A stretch of 64,000 nucleotides of DNA, from NCBI RefSeq assembly GCF_024223415.1, contig NZ_CP100500.1, one strand, 5' to 3'. Below the pieces are notes generated by a model, which had not been told where the DNA came from, searched no databases, and saw nothing but the letters and a program-made list of their open reading frames with translations. The position numbers were made by a program, and so were the translations under genes. Shown piece after piece: positions 12,992 to 26,125 of this stretch (its first letter is position 1; every line of letters starts with the position of its first letter). This stretch comes from Escherichia coli (GTDB lineage Bacteria > Pseudomonadota > Gammaproteobacteria > Enterobacterales > Enterobacteriaceae).

Positions 12992-13393
12992 TTAGTGTGA
13001 ATATTCTTCTGTAATTTCAGCCAGATCCAATGCGTTATCTACCAGCGAGGTTATCTCAAGCAGGATATCTTCAAGAGAAGATTTAAGCGATAACGCCCCG
13101 AAAACAATGTAATACTCTTCCTGTTGCACGCTGGAGATTCCTACCGATGACAACGGCATCATCTTCTGATTTCTTAATAAGAAGGTATTAAATTTATCTG
13201 GATTGCTGATACTACTTACCGGACAAATAAAGGTTTCGATAATCATTTGGCGGGAAGTAAAAAGAATATTGATTTGCAAATCGCCATAATCATTCATTTT
13301 AATAATTAATGCGTTCTCGCTATTTGTTACATCAATATTTTGTTCAGGTACAGTTTGCAGCGCCGTCGCCAGCGCCAACGGATTCCATGTCAT
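12992..13393 (-). CDS. yjfI: DUF2170 protein YjfI
   Basis: ORF 133 aa MTWNPLALATALQTVPEQNIDVTNSENALIIKMNDYGDLQ...; first gene of the yjfI-yjfC cluster. Confidence 0.85.
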   Translation of the reverse strand: MTWNPLALATALQTVPEQNIDVTNSENALIIKMNDYGDLQINILFTSRQMIIETFICPVSSISNPDKFNTFLLRNQKMMPLSSVGISSVQQEEYYIVFGALSLKSSLEDILLEITSLVDNALDLAEITEEYSH

Positions 13394-13519
13394 ATATTAT
13401 TCCATATAGATTAAGTTTAAATATTAATAAAATGAATATTTGCAATACGTAATTATCTTACCAGCTATAGACAAAAAAAAACCATCCAAATCTGGATGGC
13501 TTTTCATATTTCAGAGGAA

Positions 13520-14251
13520 CTAGCTGCGCTGACGAACCGCTTCAAATAAGCAAATTCCGGTTGCAACCGAAACGTTCAGAGAAGAAACACTTCCTGCCAT
13601 TGGGATGCTGATCAACTCATCGCAATGTTCACGGGTCAGGCGACGCATACCTTCACCTTCCGCGCCCATCACCAGCGCCAGGCGTCCGGTCATTTTGCTC
13701 TGATAGAGTGTATGATCCGCCTCACCTGCCGTACCGACGATCCAGATATTCTCTTCCTGCAACATACGCATGGTGCGCGCAAGGTTAGTCACCCGAATCA
13801 GTGGAACGCTTTCTGCCGCGCCGCAGGCTACTTTTTTCGCCGTGGCGTTGAGCTGTGCGGAGCGATCTTTCGGCACAATCACCGCGTGAACGCCAGCAGC
13901 GTCCGCGCTACGCAGGCACGCGCCGAGGTTGTGCGGATCGGTTACACCGTCAAGGATCAGCAGGAACGGTTGATCGAGCGAAGCGATCAGATCCGGCAGA
14001 TCGTTTTCCTGATACTGACGTCCTGGCTTCACGCGGGCGATAATGCCCTGATGCACGGCACCGTCGCTTTTCTCGTCGAGATATTGGCGGTTTGCCAACT
14101 GGATAACCACGCCCTGAGACTCAAGGGCGTGAATCAGCGGTAACAGACGTTTATCTTCACGGCCTTTTAAAATAAAGACTTCCTGAAAACGTTCAGGGGC
14201 GCGCTCCAGCAGGGCCTGCACTGCATGGATGCCGTAAATCATTTCGCTCAT
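13520..14251 (-). CDS. rlmB: 23S rRNA (Gm2251) 2'-O-methyltransferase RlmB
   Basis: ORF 243 aa [30 protein letters not shown]..., SpoU/TrmH fold. Confidence 0.92.
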
Positions 14252-14271
14252 TAATGTACTCGTTGTTTACG

Positions 14272-14373
14272 TTTTGCCTGATGCACTACGTTTATCCGGT
14301 CTACATGATCCCTGCAATATATTGAATTTGCGTGATTATGTAGGCCGGATAAGGCGTTCACGCCGCATCCGGC
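14272..14373. repeat. REP/BIME cluster between rlmB and rnr
   Basis: gcctgatgcactacgtttatccggtctac ... gccggataaggcgttcacgccgcatccggc; canonical E. coli REP palindromes in inverted orientation. Confidence 0.6.
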
Positions 14374-14404
14374 ATGAACAAAGCGCATTTTGTCAGCAAT
14401 CTAA

Positions 14405-14426
14405 CCCTCTTCTGTTTGAAGAGGGT
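14405..14426 (-). terminator. hairpin immediately downstream of rnr stop
   Basis: ccctcttc-tgtt-tgaagaggg inverted repeat 6 nt past rnr stop; the U-tract is weak so it may be a processing/stability hairpin. Confidence 0.4.
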
Positions 14427-14431
14427 AATGA

Positions 14432-16873
14432 TCACTCTGCCACTTTTTTCTTCGCCGCACGCTTCGCTTTGGTCGCTGCAGCTATTTTCTGCGTTTTCGC
14501 CGATGGCTTTTTCGCTTTTCTCGCGTCTTTCTTCGCTGCTTTCGGCTTCGTTTTTTTCTCACCGCGGAAGGCGCTGTCTGGCTCAAAGTTTACCTTTTTA
14601 CCGACCTGACGACGCTTGCCGCCTTTTTTACCTGCATCGCCTTTTTTCGCTTTCTCGCGCGCCGTTTTACCGACGTTGCGCGGTGCGCGTTCGCTGGAGA
14701 TCAGGCTAAAGTCGATTTTGCGCTCGTCCATATTAACCGCTTCGACGCGAACTTCCACGCGATCGCCCAGGCGATAAGTCTGGCCGCTGGATTCACCCAT
14801 CAGGCGTTGCCCTACCTGGTCAAAGCGATAGTAGTCATTGTCCAGCGAAGAGACATGGACCAGCCCATCAATGAACAAGTCGTCCAGACGGACGAAGAAG
14901 CCAAAGCCAGTGACGCTGGAAATTACGCCTTTAAAGACGTTACCTACCTGGTCGAGCATGAAGTCACACTTCAGCCAGTCAGCCACATCGCGCGTTGCTT
15001 CGTCGGCACGACGTTCCGCCATCGAACAGTGCTGACCCAGTTGCAGCATCTCTTCCATCGAATAATGGTAGCCACCGGTTTCAGTGGTGTTGCCCTGATG
15101 CCCCTGCTCTTTCGCCAGCAGATACTTAATGGCGCGGTGCAGCGTCAGGTCTGGATAACGACGAATCGGCGAAGTAAAGTGCGCATAGGACTGCAATGCC
15201 AGGCCAAAGTGACCACGGTTTTCCGGATCGTAAATCGCCTGTTTCATCGAGCGCAGCAGCATGGTTTGCAGCATTTCTGCATCAGGACGATCGGCAACCG
15301 ACTCCAGCAGCTCCGCGTAGTCACGCGGTTCCGGCTTGTTACCGCCCGGCAGTTCCAGCCCCAGCTCCGCCAGTACTGAACGGAAAGAGGTAATCGCTTC
15401 GGTGCTCGGCTTGTCGTGAATACGGAACAGTGCCGGTTCTTTCGCTTTCTCAACGAAACGCGCCGCCGAGATATTCGCCAGAATCATGCACTCTTCAATT
15501 AACTTGTGCGCGTCGTTACGCTGGGTCTGTTCGATACGCTCAATACGGCGTTCAGCGTTGAAAATGAACTTCGCTTCTTCACTCTCAAATGAGATCCCGC
15601 CGCGTTCTTCACGGGCTTTATCCAGCACTTTATAGAGGTTATGCAACTCTTCGAGATGCTTAACCAGCGGGGCGTACTGCTCGCGCAGATCCTGATCGCC
15701 CTGCAGAATATGCCAGACTTTGGTGTAGGTCAGACGCGCGTGAGAGCTCATCACCGCTTCGTAGAATTTGTAGCCAGTCAGGCGGCCTTTCGACGAAACC
15801 GTCATCTCGCACACCATACACAGGCGGTCTACCTGCGGGTTGAGCGAACACAGGCCGTTAGAGAGCACTTCCGGCAGCATCGGGATAACCTGCGAAGGGA
15901 AGTACACCGACGTACCACGGTTACGCGCTTCTCTGTCCAGCGGCGTTGGCGGACGCACATAGTAGCTGACGTCGGCAATCGCGACCCATAAACGCCAGCC
16001 GCCGCCGCGTTTTTTCTCGCAGTAAACTGCATCGTCAAAGTCACGGGCGTCTTCGCCATCAATGGTAACCAGCGGTAAATCGCGCAAATCGACACGGCCC
16101 GCTTTTGCTTCTTCCGGCACTTCTTCTTTCAGCCCGGCAACCTGTTGCTCAACAGCCTGCGGCCAGATGTACGGAATTTCATGGGTACGCAGAGCGATAT
16201 CAACCGCCATGCCGGTGCCCATATTGTCGCCCAGCACTTCGACGATTTTACCCACCGCTTTGGTACGGCGAGTCGGGCGTTGGGTCAGTTCAACAACCAC
16301 CACAAAGCCCATCCGCGCGCCCATGATCTGATCGGGCGGGATTAAGATATCGAAGCTCAGACGGCTATCGTCAGGAACCACAAAGCCGACGCCCGCTTCG
16401 GTAAAGTAGCGACCAACAATCTGGCTGGTTTTTGGCACCAGTACGCGGACAATACGCGCTTCACGACGACCTTTACGGTCAGCGCCCAGCGGCTGCGCCA
16501 GCACCTGATCGCCATGAATGCAGGTTTTCATCTGCTCGCTGGAGAGATACAAATCATCTTTACGCCCTTCAACCCGCAGAAAGCCGTAGCCATCACGGTG
16601 GCCAATAACGGTACCTTTCACCAGGTCGAGGCGTTCCGGCAGCGCATAGCACTGACGACGAGTAAAGACCAGTTGACCATCGCGCTCCATCGCGCGCAGG
16701 CGGCGACGCAGGCCTTCAAGCTGCTCTTCGCCTTCAATATGCAGTTCTACCGCCAGCTCATCACGGCTGGCCGGTTTTTCACGTTTGGTTAAATGTTCGA
16801 GGATAAATTCCCGACTAGGGATGGGATTCGCGTATTTTTCAGCTTCGCGTTCCTGGAAAGGATCTTGTGACAT
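14432..16873 (-). CDS. rnr: ribonuclease R (3'-5' exoribonuclease, RNB family)
   Basis: ORF 14432..16915(-) trimmed to [23 protein letters not shown], 813 aa; cold-shock, RNB and S1 domains and Lys-rich C-terminal tail. Confidence 0.93.
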   Translation of the reverse strand: MSQDPFQEREAEKYANPIPSREFILEHLTKREKPASRDELAVELHIEGEEQLEGLRRRLRAMERDGQLVFTRRQCYALPERLDLVKGTVIGHRDGYGFLRVEGRKDDLYLSSEQMKTCIHGDQVLAQPLGADRKGRREARIVRVLVPKTSQIVGRYFTEAGVGFVVPDDSRLSFDILIPPDQIMGARMGFVVVVELTQRPTRRTKAVGKIVEVLGDNMGTGMAVDIALRTHEIPYIWPQAVEQQVAGLKEEVPEEAKAGRVDLRDLPLVTIDGEDARDFDDAVYCEKKRGGGWRLWVAIADVSYYVRPPTPLDREARNRGTSVYFPSQVIPMLPEVLSNGLCSLNPQVDRLCMVCEMTVSSKGRLTGYKFYEAVMSSHARLTYTKVWHILQGDQDLREQYAPLVKHLEELHNLYKVLDKAREERGGISFESEEAKFIFNAERRIERIEQTQRNDAHKLIEECMILANISAARFVEKAKEPALFRIHDKPSTEAITSFRSVLAELGLELPGGNKPEPRDYAELLESVADRPDAEMLQTMLLRSMKQAIYDPENRGHFGLALQSYAHFTSPIRRYPDLTLHRAIKYLLAKEQGHQGNTTETGGYHYSMEEMLQLGQHCSMAERRADEATRDVADWLKCDFMLDQVGNVFKGVISSVTGFGFFVRLDDLFIDGLVHVSSLDNDYYRFDQVGQRLMGESSGQTYRLGDRVEVRVEAVNMDERKIDFSLISSERAPRNVGKTAREKAKKGDAGKKGGKRRQVGKKVNFEPDSAFRGEKKTKPKAAKKDARKAKKPSAKTQKIAAATKAKRAAKKKVAE

Positions 16874-16911
16874 CTCGGTTCCTCCGTTGTCATCTCTGAT
16901 GAAGATTTTCG

Positions 16912-17337
16912 TCACTCCACCAGCAATAATTTATAAAGCGGTTGATTCTCTTCAACCAAATCGGCAAGCGTGTAGTTATCCAGTTCCGTAAGAAAACTTT
17001 GCACGGCCTTAGAAAGCGCCTGTTTCAACCGACAGGCAGGTGTAATGTGGCAAAACTCACTGCTGCAATTCACCAGCGATAAGGGCTCCAGCTCGCGCAC
17101 CACATCACCAATACGTATCGCACTCGCCGGTTTACCCAGGCGAATGCCGCCATTTTTTCCACGAACAGCAGTCACGTAGCCGGCACGACTAAGTTGATTG
17201 ATTATTTTGACCATATGATTACGGGAGACGCCGTAGACGTCAGTCACTTCAGAAATACTGGTCATCCGCCCTTCTGGCAATGACGCCATGTAGATCAGCG
17301 CACGTAATCCGTAATCAGTGAAACTCGTTAACTGCAC
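16912..17337 (-). CDS. nsrR: nitric-oxide-sensing Rrf2-family repressor NsrR
   Basis: ORF 141 aa [32 protein letters not shown]..., three-Cys [Fe-S] ligand pattern. Confidence 0.92.
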
Positions 17338-17541
17338 ATCAACCTCAAAAGGGAAATCGGGAAAAAATACATTTATATTGATGATAAACCAGCCACAAGC
17401 TGTGTCGCTAATTTATTTCAGTTCGGGGAAGGAAAAAAGCGAGGATTTAACACTGTGTCGGATAGCGTAATGGCTTAACCGACACAGCAATGTATCACAC
17501 TGTTAGCCCGGCAGGCAAAATATCTGCCAGGCGTACCAGAA

Positions 17542-18843
<1,302 letters not shown>

Positions 18844-18943
18844 TCAAAATCACCGTTTGCTTAAAAATGGATTCTACCATCGCTTTTTCAGAGTTACAGC
18901 ACTTTTTGCACTCAAAAATGACCTCGATCAGTCTGTTTTTTGT

Positions 18944-19141
18944 TCAGCCAATCGTTTTCCTCAACATGTAGTAGACCACAACGCCCGCAACCACAAGTCC
19001 ACCGCCAAAACGACGTAAAATATTATCGGGCAAATTGGTCATCGCAGAGATCATCTTCTTCCATGCCTTCGGGTAAAGCATCGGCCCTAAACCTTCCAGT
19101 ACCAAAACCAGGGCAAGCGCCAGCCAGATTGTCGAATTCAT
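18944..19141 (-). CDS. yjeT: DUF2065 small membrane protein YjeT
   Basis: ORF 65 aa MNSTIWLALALVLVLEGLGPMLYPKAWKKMISAM...; conserved position between hflC and purA. Confidence 0.8.
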   Translation of the reverse strand: MNSTIWLALALVLVLEGLGPMLYPKAWKKMISAMTNLPDNILRRFGGGLVVAGVVVYYMLRKTIG

Positions 19142-19152
19142 TCATTATCCTT

Positions 19153-19193
19153 ATAGAAAAAGAAAACCACCGACATCCCTGAGGATGCGGTGG
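19153..19193 (-). terminator. putative intrinsic terminator after hflC
   Basis: imperfect GC-rich hairpin ccaccg..cggtgg followed on the transcribed strand by UUUUCUUUUUCU. Confidence 0.45.
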
Positions 19194-19222
19194 CTTTATT
19201 GACCTGTACCGCAGTCGTTATA

Positions 19223-20227
19223 TTAACGCGTTGCGGAAGTCGGCGTCTTCATGTAGCGGAAGAAATCGCTATCCGGGCTCATGACCATCACGTCCTGATT
19301 GCCAGAGAAGCTGTTCTCATAAGCACGCAGGCTACGGATGAATGCGTAGAAGTCCGGATCTTTACTGAATGCATCAGCAAACAGTTTGGCTGCTTCGGCA
19401 TCGCCTTCACCACGCATGATACGGCCCTGACGCTCAGCTTCTGCCAGCGTTCTGGTCACTTCATAGTCGGCAGTCGCGCGCAGTTTTTCCGCTTCTTCCT
19501 GACCTTGTGAACGGTGACGACGCGCTACCGCTTCACGCTCGGCGCGCATACGGTTGTAGATCGCTTCAGACACTTCGGTCGGCAGGTTGATCTGCTTAAT
19601 TCGCACATCGACAACTTCAATACCCAGCGCCGCCATACTGTTCGGGTTGATGACCGGAACTTTGCCCTTCGTCTCAGCCGTTACGCGCTCTGCCGCTTCG
19701 GCAATGGCGTTATCTGCCGCCGGGGTAGTAACTTCATCTTCTGTACCCGCAGAACCGGAGTTCAGCGCGTCACGTACTTCGAGGGTCAGACGACCACGGG
19801 AATCGGTGACGATGTCTTTCACGTCCAGGCGACCAATTTCAGAACGCAGACGGTCAGAGAACTTACGTTTCAACAGCACTTCCGCTTGCGAAATGTCGCC
19901 ACCCCCCGTTGCCAGGTAGTAACGGCTGAAATCGCTGATGCGCCATTTGATGTAAGAGTCGACGATCAGGTCTTTCTTCTCTTTGGTCACAAAGCGGTCG
20001 GCCTGGTTGTCCATGGTCTGAATACGTGCGTCGAGCATTTTCACCGTTTCAATGAACGGTATCTTGAAATGCAGACCCGGCTCATAAACCAGAGGTTTGT
20101 TGTCATCGTCACGCAGTACCTTACCAAAACGCAGCGTAATACCGCGCTCACCTTCTTTGACGACAAAGACAGACATGTAAAGCACTACCAGCACGATGAT
20201 GATAATCGCGATAACTGACTTACGCAT
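19223..20227 (-). CDS. hflC: FtsH modulator HflC (SPFH/band-7)
   Basis: ORF 334 aa MRKSVIAIIIIVLVVLYMSVFVVKEGERGITLRFGKV... Confidence 0.93.
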   Translation of the reverse strand: MRKSVIAIIIIVLVVLYMSVFVVKEGERGITLRFGKVLRDDDNKPLVYEPGLHFKIPFIETVKMLDARIQTMDNQADRFVTKEKKDLIVDSYIKWRISDFSRYYLATGGGDISQAEVLLKRKFSDRLRSEIGRLDVKDIVTDSRGRLTLEVRDALNSGSAGTEDEVTTPAADNAIAEAAERVTAETKGKVPVINPNSMAALGIEVVDVRIKQINLPTEVSEAIYNRMRAEREAVARRHRSQGQEEAEKLRATADYEVTRTLAEAERQGRIMRGEGDAEAAKLFADAFSKDPDFYAFIRSLRAYENSFSGNQDVMVMSPDSDFFRYMKTPTSATR

Positions 20228-20229
20228 CG

Positions 20230-21489
20230 TTATTCCCCCTGACGCTGGTAGTCGTTACGCTGCGCATTGGCGCGGCGTTGGTCCATAATATCGCCCTGAC
20301 TGGTGGACGACGTGTTGCTTGCTCCACTGGTTGTGGAGGAAGAGGCTGGCGGCAGACGCAGCAGATTGCTGGCACCGTTATCGCTCTTCGCCGCAGGGGC
20401 GTTACCACCTTTCAGCATCTGGTCTAACGGCAGAACCATCAGGTTGCCACCTTTATCGTTAACCAGCACTTTGCGGGTGTTACCCAACACTTTTTCCATC
20501 GTCTCGATATACAGACGCTCGCGAGTAATTTCCGGCGCGGCTTTATATTCCGGCAGAAGTTTAGCAAAACGCGCCACTTCACCCTGAGCTTCCAGGATGG
20601 TCTGGGCCTTGTACGCACGCGCCTCTTCGAGGATACGTTGCGCCTGACCGTTCGCACGCGGCTGAACTTCGTTGGTATACGCTTCTGCTTCACGAATGTA
20701 TTGCTGTTCGTTTTCACGCGCGGCAATCGCATCGTCAAACGCCGCTTTTACTTCTTCCGGCGGACGAGCAGCCTGGAAGTTGACGTCCAGCAGCGTGATA
20801 CCCATGTCATACGGACGAATCGTCTCTTCCAGTTCGCGCTGAGTATCGCTACGAATCACGGTACGACCTTCCGTCAGAATGCGGTCCATGGTGTATTTAC
20901 CGATAACTCCACGCAGGGCGCTGTCGGTAGCCTGACGCAGGCTGTCATCCGGGCTGGTCACGCTATACAGATATTTTTCCGGATTGGTGACGCGGTACTG
21001 CACGTTCATCTCAACGCGCACTACGTTCTCGTCCGACGTCAGCATCACACCAGAAGCTGCCAGTTCACGCACGGCTTCCACGTTCACCGGTTTGACTTCG
21101 TCGATAAACGTCGGTTTCCAGTTCAGACCTGGCTCAACCAGATGGCTGAATTTACCAAAGCGTGTTACCACGCCGCGTTCGGCTTCTTTAATGGTATAGA
21201 AACCACTGGCCGCCCAGATAATGACAATCGCTGCCGCTGCGATGGTAACGACACGACCGCCAAGCTGCGGGCGCGGGCCTTGCGATGAACTGCCACCGCC
21301 AGATCCGGTGCCTTTACCGCCGCCCAGACCACCGAGCTTTTTGCTCAGTTTGCGGAAGATATCATCTAAATCAGGTGGCCCTTGATCGCGACCGCCTTTG
21401 TTTCCATTTCCCTCAGAGTTGCCGCCAGGTTTGCTGCTTCCCCACGGGTCGCGGTCTTGTCCGTTATTACCGGGCTGATTCCACGCCAT
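20230..21489 (-). CDS. hflK: FtsH modulator HflK (SPFH/band-7)
   Basis: ORF 419 aa MAWNQPGNNGQDRDPWGSSKPGG..., Gly-rich N-terminus then band-7 domain. Confidence 0.93.
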   Translation of the reverse strand: MAWNQPGNNGQDRDPWGSSKPGGNSEGNGNKGGRDQGPPDLDDIFRKLSKKLGGLGGGKGTGSGGGSSSQGPRPQLGGRVVTIAAAAIVIIWAASGFYTIKEAERGVVTRFGKFSHLVEPGLNWKPTFIDEVKPVNVEAVRELAASGVMLTSDENVVRVEMNVQYRVTNPEKYLYSVTSPDDSLRQATDSALRGVIGKYTMDRILTEGRTVIRSDTQRELEETIRPYDMGITLLDVNFQAARPPEEVKAAFDDAIAARENEQQYIREAEAYTNEVQPRANGQAQRILEEARAYKAQTILEAQGEVARFAKLLPEYKAAPEITRERLYIETMEKVLGNTRKVLVNDKGGNLMVLPLDQMLKGGNAPAAKSDNGASNLLRLPPASSSTTSGASNTSSTSQGDIMDQRRANAQRNDYQRQGE

Positions 21490-21574
21490 GTTTGTGCTCC
21501 ATATTTGTTATGCGGTGATCCCTGTTGTCTTTCGACGCCAGAGGATATGACTCCACGCTTCAGACGCTACGCCG

Positions 21575-22855
21575 TTAGATCAGGTAATCGATCAACGCCG
21601 GTTCTTGTTTACAGAGGCGACGCCAGTCAACGATCGGCATACGAACTTGCAGACTTACGCTGCCGTCCTCCTCCATCCACTCTTTTTCTATTGCCTGAAG
21701 CTGATAAAAACGACTTCTCAGACGCCCTTCCTGCGGTGGCAGACGCAATGTATGCTGCGCCACCTCGCCGGAAAGCCGCTCCGTCAAAGCCTGAAAAAGC
21801 TGTGGTATCCCCGCTCCGGTCTGTGCGGAAAGCCAGACACGGATCGGTTTGTTCTCTTCGTCCCGATCAATACGCGGTTCGAAATCTTCCAGCATATCGA
21901 TCTTGTTCATCACCAGCAGGGTTGGGATCTCGTGAGCGTCGATCTCTTCAAGAACCGTATTCACCGCTTCGATGTTTTCTTGTACACGCACATCCGCCGC
22001 ATCAATCACATGCAGCAGCAATGTGGCTTGCCGCGTCTCTTGTAACGTGGCTTTAAATGCTGCCACCAGATCGTGCGGCAGGTGGCGAATAAACCCTACG
22101 GTATCTGCAAGTACGGTTTCACCGACATCTGCAACGTCAATACGCCGCAACGTCGGGTCGAGGGTGGCAAACAACTGGTCTGCCGCGTAGACCCGCGCTT
22201 CGGTGATGCGATTGAAAAGGGTAGATTTACCGGCGTTGGTATATCCCACCAGCGAAACAGTAGGAACGTCGGCTTTGATACGCGATTGCCGCCCCTGCTC
22301 ACGCTGCTTTTCAACTCTTTCCAGGCGCGACTGTATCTGCACGATGCGATTACGCAACAAACGACGGTCGGTTTCGAGCTGGGTTTCACCCGGACCACGC
22401 AAACCAATCCCGCCTTTCTGTCTTTCAAGGTGGGTCCAGCCACGCACCAGGCGTGTAGCCAGATGGCGCAGCTGCGCCAGCTCAACCTGCAACTTACCCT
22501 CATGGGTACGCGCACGTTGGGCGAAAATATCTAAAATAAGGCCGGTGCGGTCGATAACACGACACTCGCACAAACGCTCCAGGTTACGCTCTTGCGCCGG
22601 GCTCAGGGCATGGTCAAAAAGAACGACCGAAGCACCCGTCGCTTTGACAGCTTCCGCAATTTCAACTGCTTTACCTTCACCTACAAAATACTTTGGGTGC
22701 GGCGCTTTACGGCTACCGGTAATCACCTGCAATGCTTCGACACCGGCGGAAGAGACCAGAGATTCAAACTCCTGGAGGTCTTCCATATCTTTGTCTTGCG
22801 TAAAATAGATGTGTACCAGTACCGCCTGCTCACCAGCATCATAACGGTCAAACAA
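21575..22855 (-). CDS. hflX: ribosome-associated GTPase HflX
   Basis: ORF 426 aa [30 protein letters not shown]..., G1 motif GYTNAGKST. Confidence 0.93.
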   Translation of the reverse strand: MFDRYDAGEQAVLVHIYFTQDKDMEDLQEFESLVSSAGVEALQVITGSRKAPHPKYFVGEGKAVEIAEAVKATGASVVLFDHALSPAQERNLERLCECRVIDRTGLILDIFAQRARTHEGKLQVELAQLRHLATRLVRGWTHLERQKGGIGLRGPGETQLETDRRLLRNRIVQIQSRLERVEKQREQGRQSRIKADVPTVSLVGYTNAGKSTLFNRITEARVYAADQLFATLDPTLRRIDVADVGETVLADTVGFIRHLPHDLVAAFKATLQETRQATLLLHVIDAADVRVQENIEAVNTVLEEIDAHEIPTLLVMNKIDMLEDFEPRIDRDEENKPIRVWLSAQTGAGIPQLFQALTERLSGEVAQHTLRLPPQEGRLRSRFYQLQAIEKEWMEEDGSVSLQVRMPIVDWRRLCKQEPALIDYLI

Positions 22856-22931
22856 GCGTATAACCCTCTAAATAGATCAGCGGGGAACGCAGGATCGCTG
22901 GCTCCCCGTGTAAAAAAAACAGCCCGAAACC

Positions 22932-23252
<321 letters not shown>

Positions 23253-23325
23253 TTATATGCTTATTTGTACTTTGAACCTTTCGATTCTGAAAAAATTGCG
23301 CACGATACGTCTCAATTGTACACAT

Positions 23326-24276
23326 TCAGCCTGCGATAGCACCAACAACCTGTAATACTTCGTCACGCGCCTGTTCTGGTTTTTCACTGTCAAGCCAGTG
23401 AACCCCTTCCCAACCACGCAGCCAGGTTATCTGCCGCTTCGCCAACTGTCTCGTGGCGCAAACACCTCGATAAACCATTTCATCGTATGAGATTTCGCCT
23501 TCAAGGTAAGACCACATCTGGCGATAACCCACGCAACGAATGGAAGGCAAGTCCGTATGCAAATCTCCTCGGGCAAAAAGCGCCCGGACTTCTGCTTCAA
23601 AACCTGAAGCCAACATCTGATGAAAACGCTGCTCAATTCGTTGATGGAGCAGTTCACGGCTCGCCGGGGCGATGGCGAACTGATGCACCTGATACGGTAG
23701 AGCGTCTCCTGACGTTTGCGTCAGTTCCGTTAAAGTTTTACCCGAAATGAAAAAAACTTCCAGTGCCCGGGAAAGCCTTTGTGGATCATTTGGATGAATC
23801 CTTGCTGCCGCAACCGGATCGATCTCCTGAAGTTGACGATGCAATGACTCCCAACCTTGCTCTGCCGCCTGTTGCTCAATTCTGGCCCGTACTTCCGGGT
23901 CTGCCGACGGTAGCGGCGACAACCCTTCCAGCAATGCCTTGAAATACAACATCGTACCGCCCACTAACAGTGGGATCCGCCCCGCCGCGGTGATATCGGC
24001 CATTTCCGCCAGCGCATCGCGGCGAAAATCAGCAGCCGAGTAAGCCTGCGACGGATCGCGAATATCCAGCAATCGGTGCGGCGCGGCGAGTAACTCTTCA
24101 GCGTTCGGCTTCGCCGTCCCGATATCCATCCCTTTGTAAATAAGGGCAGAATCAACGCTTATCAACTCTACTGGTAAAATTTTACGCAGTTCAATGGCTA
24201 ACGCCGTTTTACCGGAGGCCGTCGGCCCCATCAAAAAAATCGCCTTAGGCAGGCTCGCCTTACTGATATCACTCAT
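23326..24276 (-). CDS. miaA: tRNA dimethylallyltransferase MiaA
   Basis: ORF 316 aa [30 protein letters not shown] (P-loop). Confidence 0.93.
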
Positions 24277-26116
24277 CTTTCAGGGCTTTTATCGCCGGAT
24301 GTAAATCAACAGATTGTAACAGACCACCCGGCGGCGTTTTCACAAGTTGCGGACATAACCGTTCCACGTCCGCCAGCAGGGTTATGGCCTGTGCCATTGA
24401 CCACTGCGCATGTTCGCTCATCAGATTTCGTGCAATCCACTGCGCAATATTGCCAGGTTCGAATACGGACTGCTTCGCCAGGTAGCCTATCAGTTCAGGA
24501 ATCAAGATTTGTAAATTTTGTTGGCGTAAGGGTAAAGGCACGGCCCTGATGGTCACATGCTGTGCATCTGACTGGAAATCAATACCCAATTCCGCCAGGG
24601 CAGACTGCGCTTTTTCTAATGCCGATTTTTCTTCGCCAGAAACTTTTAGCCGCAACGGAATAAGCAGCGGCTGGGCGCAAACGGGCGCTTCACCCGGCGT
24701 CAGTTGCGCCTGACGCAGCCAACGTTCTGCCACTGGCAAGGCTAAAAGTGAAATGTTGCCGTCGCGCTCCAGCAACGCACAGTCGGAATGGACGATAGTC
24801 AGTACCCGACCAAAACTCTGACTGTTCGCCGCAAGTGCAGGTTCCTGCGGTTCTGGCGCTTTTGGTTTTTGCATCGGCGCGGGCGTTTGCAAAAGCTGGC
24901 GATACACTTCACCTTGCTGTTTCTGGTAACCTGGCTGCGCATTCGGCCAGGGGGCAGCCGGACGACTGCCTGAGGCGGGCGCAGGAGTGTAACGCGGAGC
25001 TACCGGCTCACGAGCTGCCGGTTCAGCAAAATGATTGCGCCCCGCCGCCACGCGGTTTTCCGGAATAGCACGCGGTGCAGGTTGGGGTTCATCGTCCAGC
25101 GGTAGCGGCGTTTCCAGCTGCTGTTGTAGCACGCTCAGCACGCCCTGATAGATAAAGTCATGCACCAGACGCGACTGATGAAAACGCACTTCGTGTTTGG
25201 CGGGGTGCACGTTAACGTCCACCTGATGCGGGTCGATCTCCAGATACAACACAAATGCCGGTTGCTGATCGGCCCCCAGTTTGTCTTCGCAGGCCTGGCG
25301 GATCGCGTGATTGATCAGGCGATCGCGCATCATGCGACCGTTCACGTAGCAATACTGAATTTCTGCCAGGGCGGGCGTGGTGTGATTCGGATCGGCCACC
25401 CAGCCGCGCAGGGTGAGATCGCCGTGTTGCCATTCAATCGCCAGCGCTTGTTCGAGAAAAGCGGTGCCGCAAATCGCGCCTAAGCGCCGTTCTTTTTGCC
25501 CGCCTTCCGGCACTGCACGGTACTGACGCACAATTTTACCGTTATGCGACAGGTTGATCGTGACGTCGAAACGCGCCAGCGCAATGCGGCGGATGATTTC
25601 ATCGATATGGTTAAATTCAGTTTTCTCGGTGCGCAGGAATTTGCGCCGCGCCGGGGTGTTGTAGAACAGATCCAGCACCTCCAGCGTCGTTCCCACCGGA
25701 TGCGCCGCCGGTTTAACCGTCACGTCCATATCGCGCCCTTCGGCATAGGCCTGCCAGGCTTCCTGCTGTTCTGCGGTGCGTGAAGTGAGCGTCAGGCGGG
25801 AAACCGAACTGATACTCGCCAGCGCCTCACCGCGAAAGCCCAGGCTGATAATGGCTTCGAGATCGTCCAGAGAGGCGATTTTACTGGTGGCATGACGAGC
25901 CAGCGCCAGCGCCAGCTCATCTTTTTTGATACCGCAGCCGTTATCACGAATGCGGATAAGTTTCGCCCCACCGCGTTCGATATCAATATCGATACGCGTC
26001 GCACCTGCATCGAGGCTGTTTTCCACCAGTTCTTTGACTACCGACGCAGGTCGCTCGACCACCTCACCTGCGGCAATCTGGTTCGCCAGTTGTGGCGGTA
26101 AGACCTGAATTGGCAT
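24269..26116 (-). CDS. mutL: DNA mismatch repair protein MutL
   Basis: ORF 24269..26119(-) trimmed to [40 protein letters not shown] (GHKL ATPase), 615 aa; overlaps miaA start by 8 nt. Confidence 0.93.
25899..25916 (-). repeat. three tandem GCTGGC hexamers inside mutL (coding LALALA)
   Basis: plus strand gccagc gccagc gccagc; encodes ELALALARH in the MutL ATPase domain. Confidence 0.8.
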
Positions 26117-26125
26117 CAATCGTCC

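Noticed and set aside
14274-14709. Two 111-aa plus-strand ORFs over the REP cluster and the 3' end of rnr
   Set aside because: They overlap REP palindromes and the Lys-rich tail of RNase R in antisense and have Ala/Phe/Ser low-complexity products.
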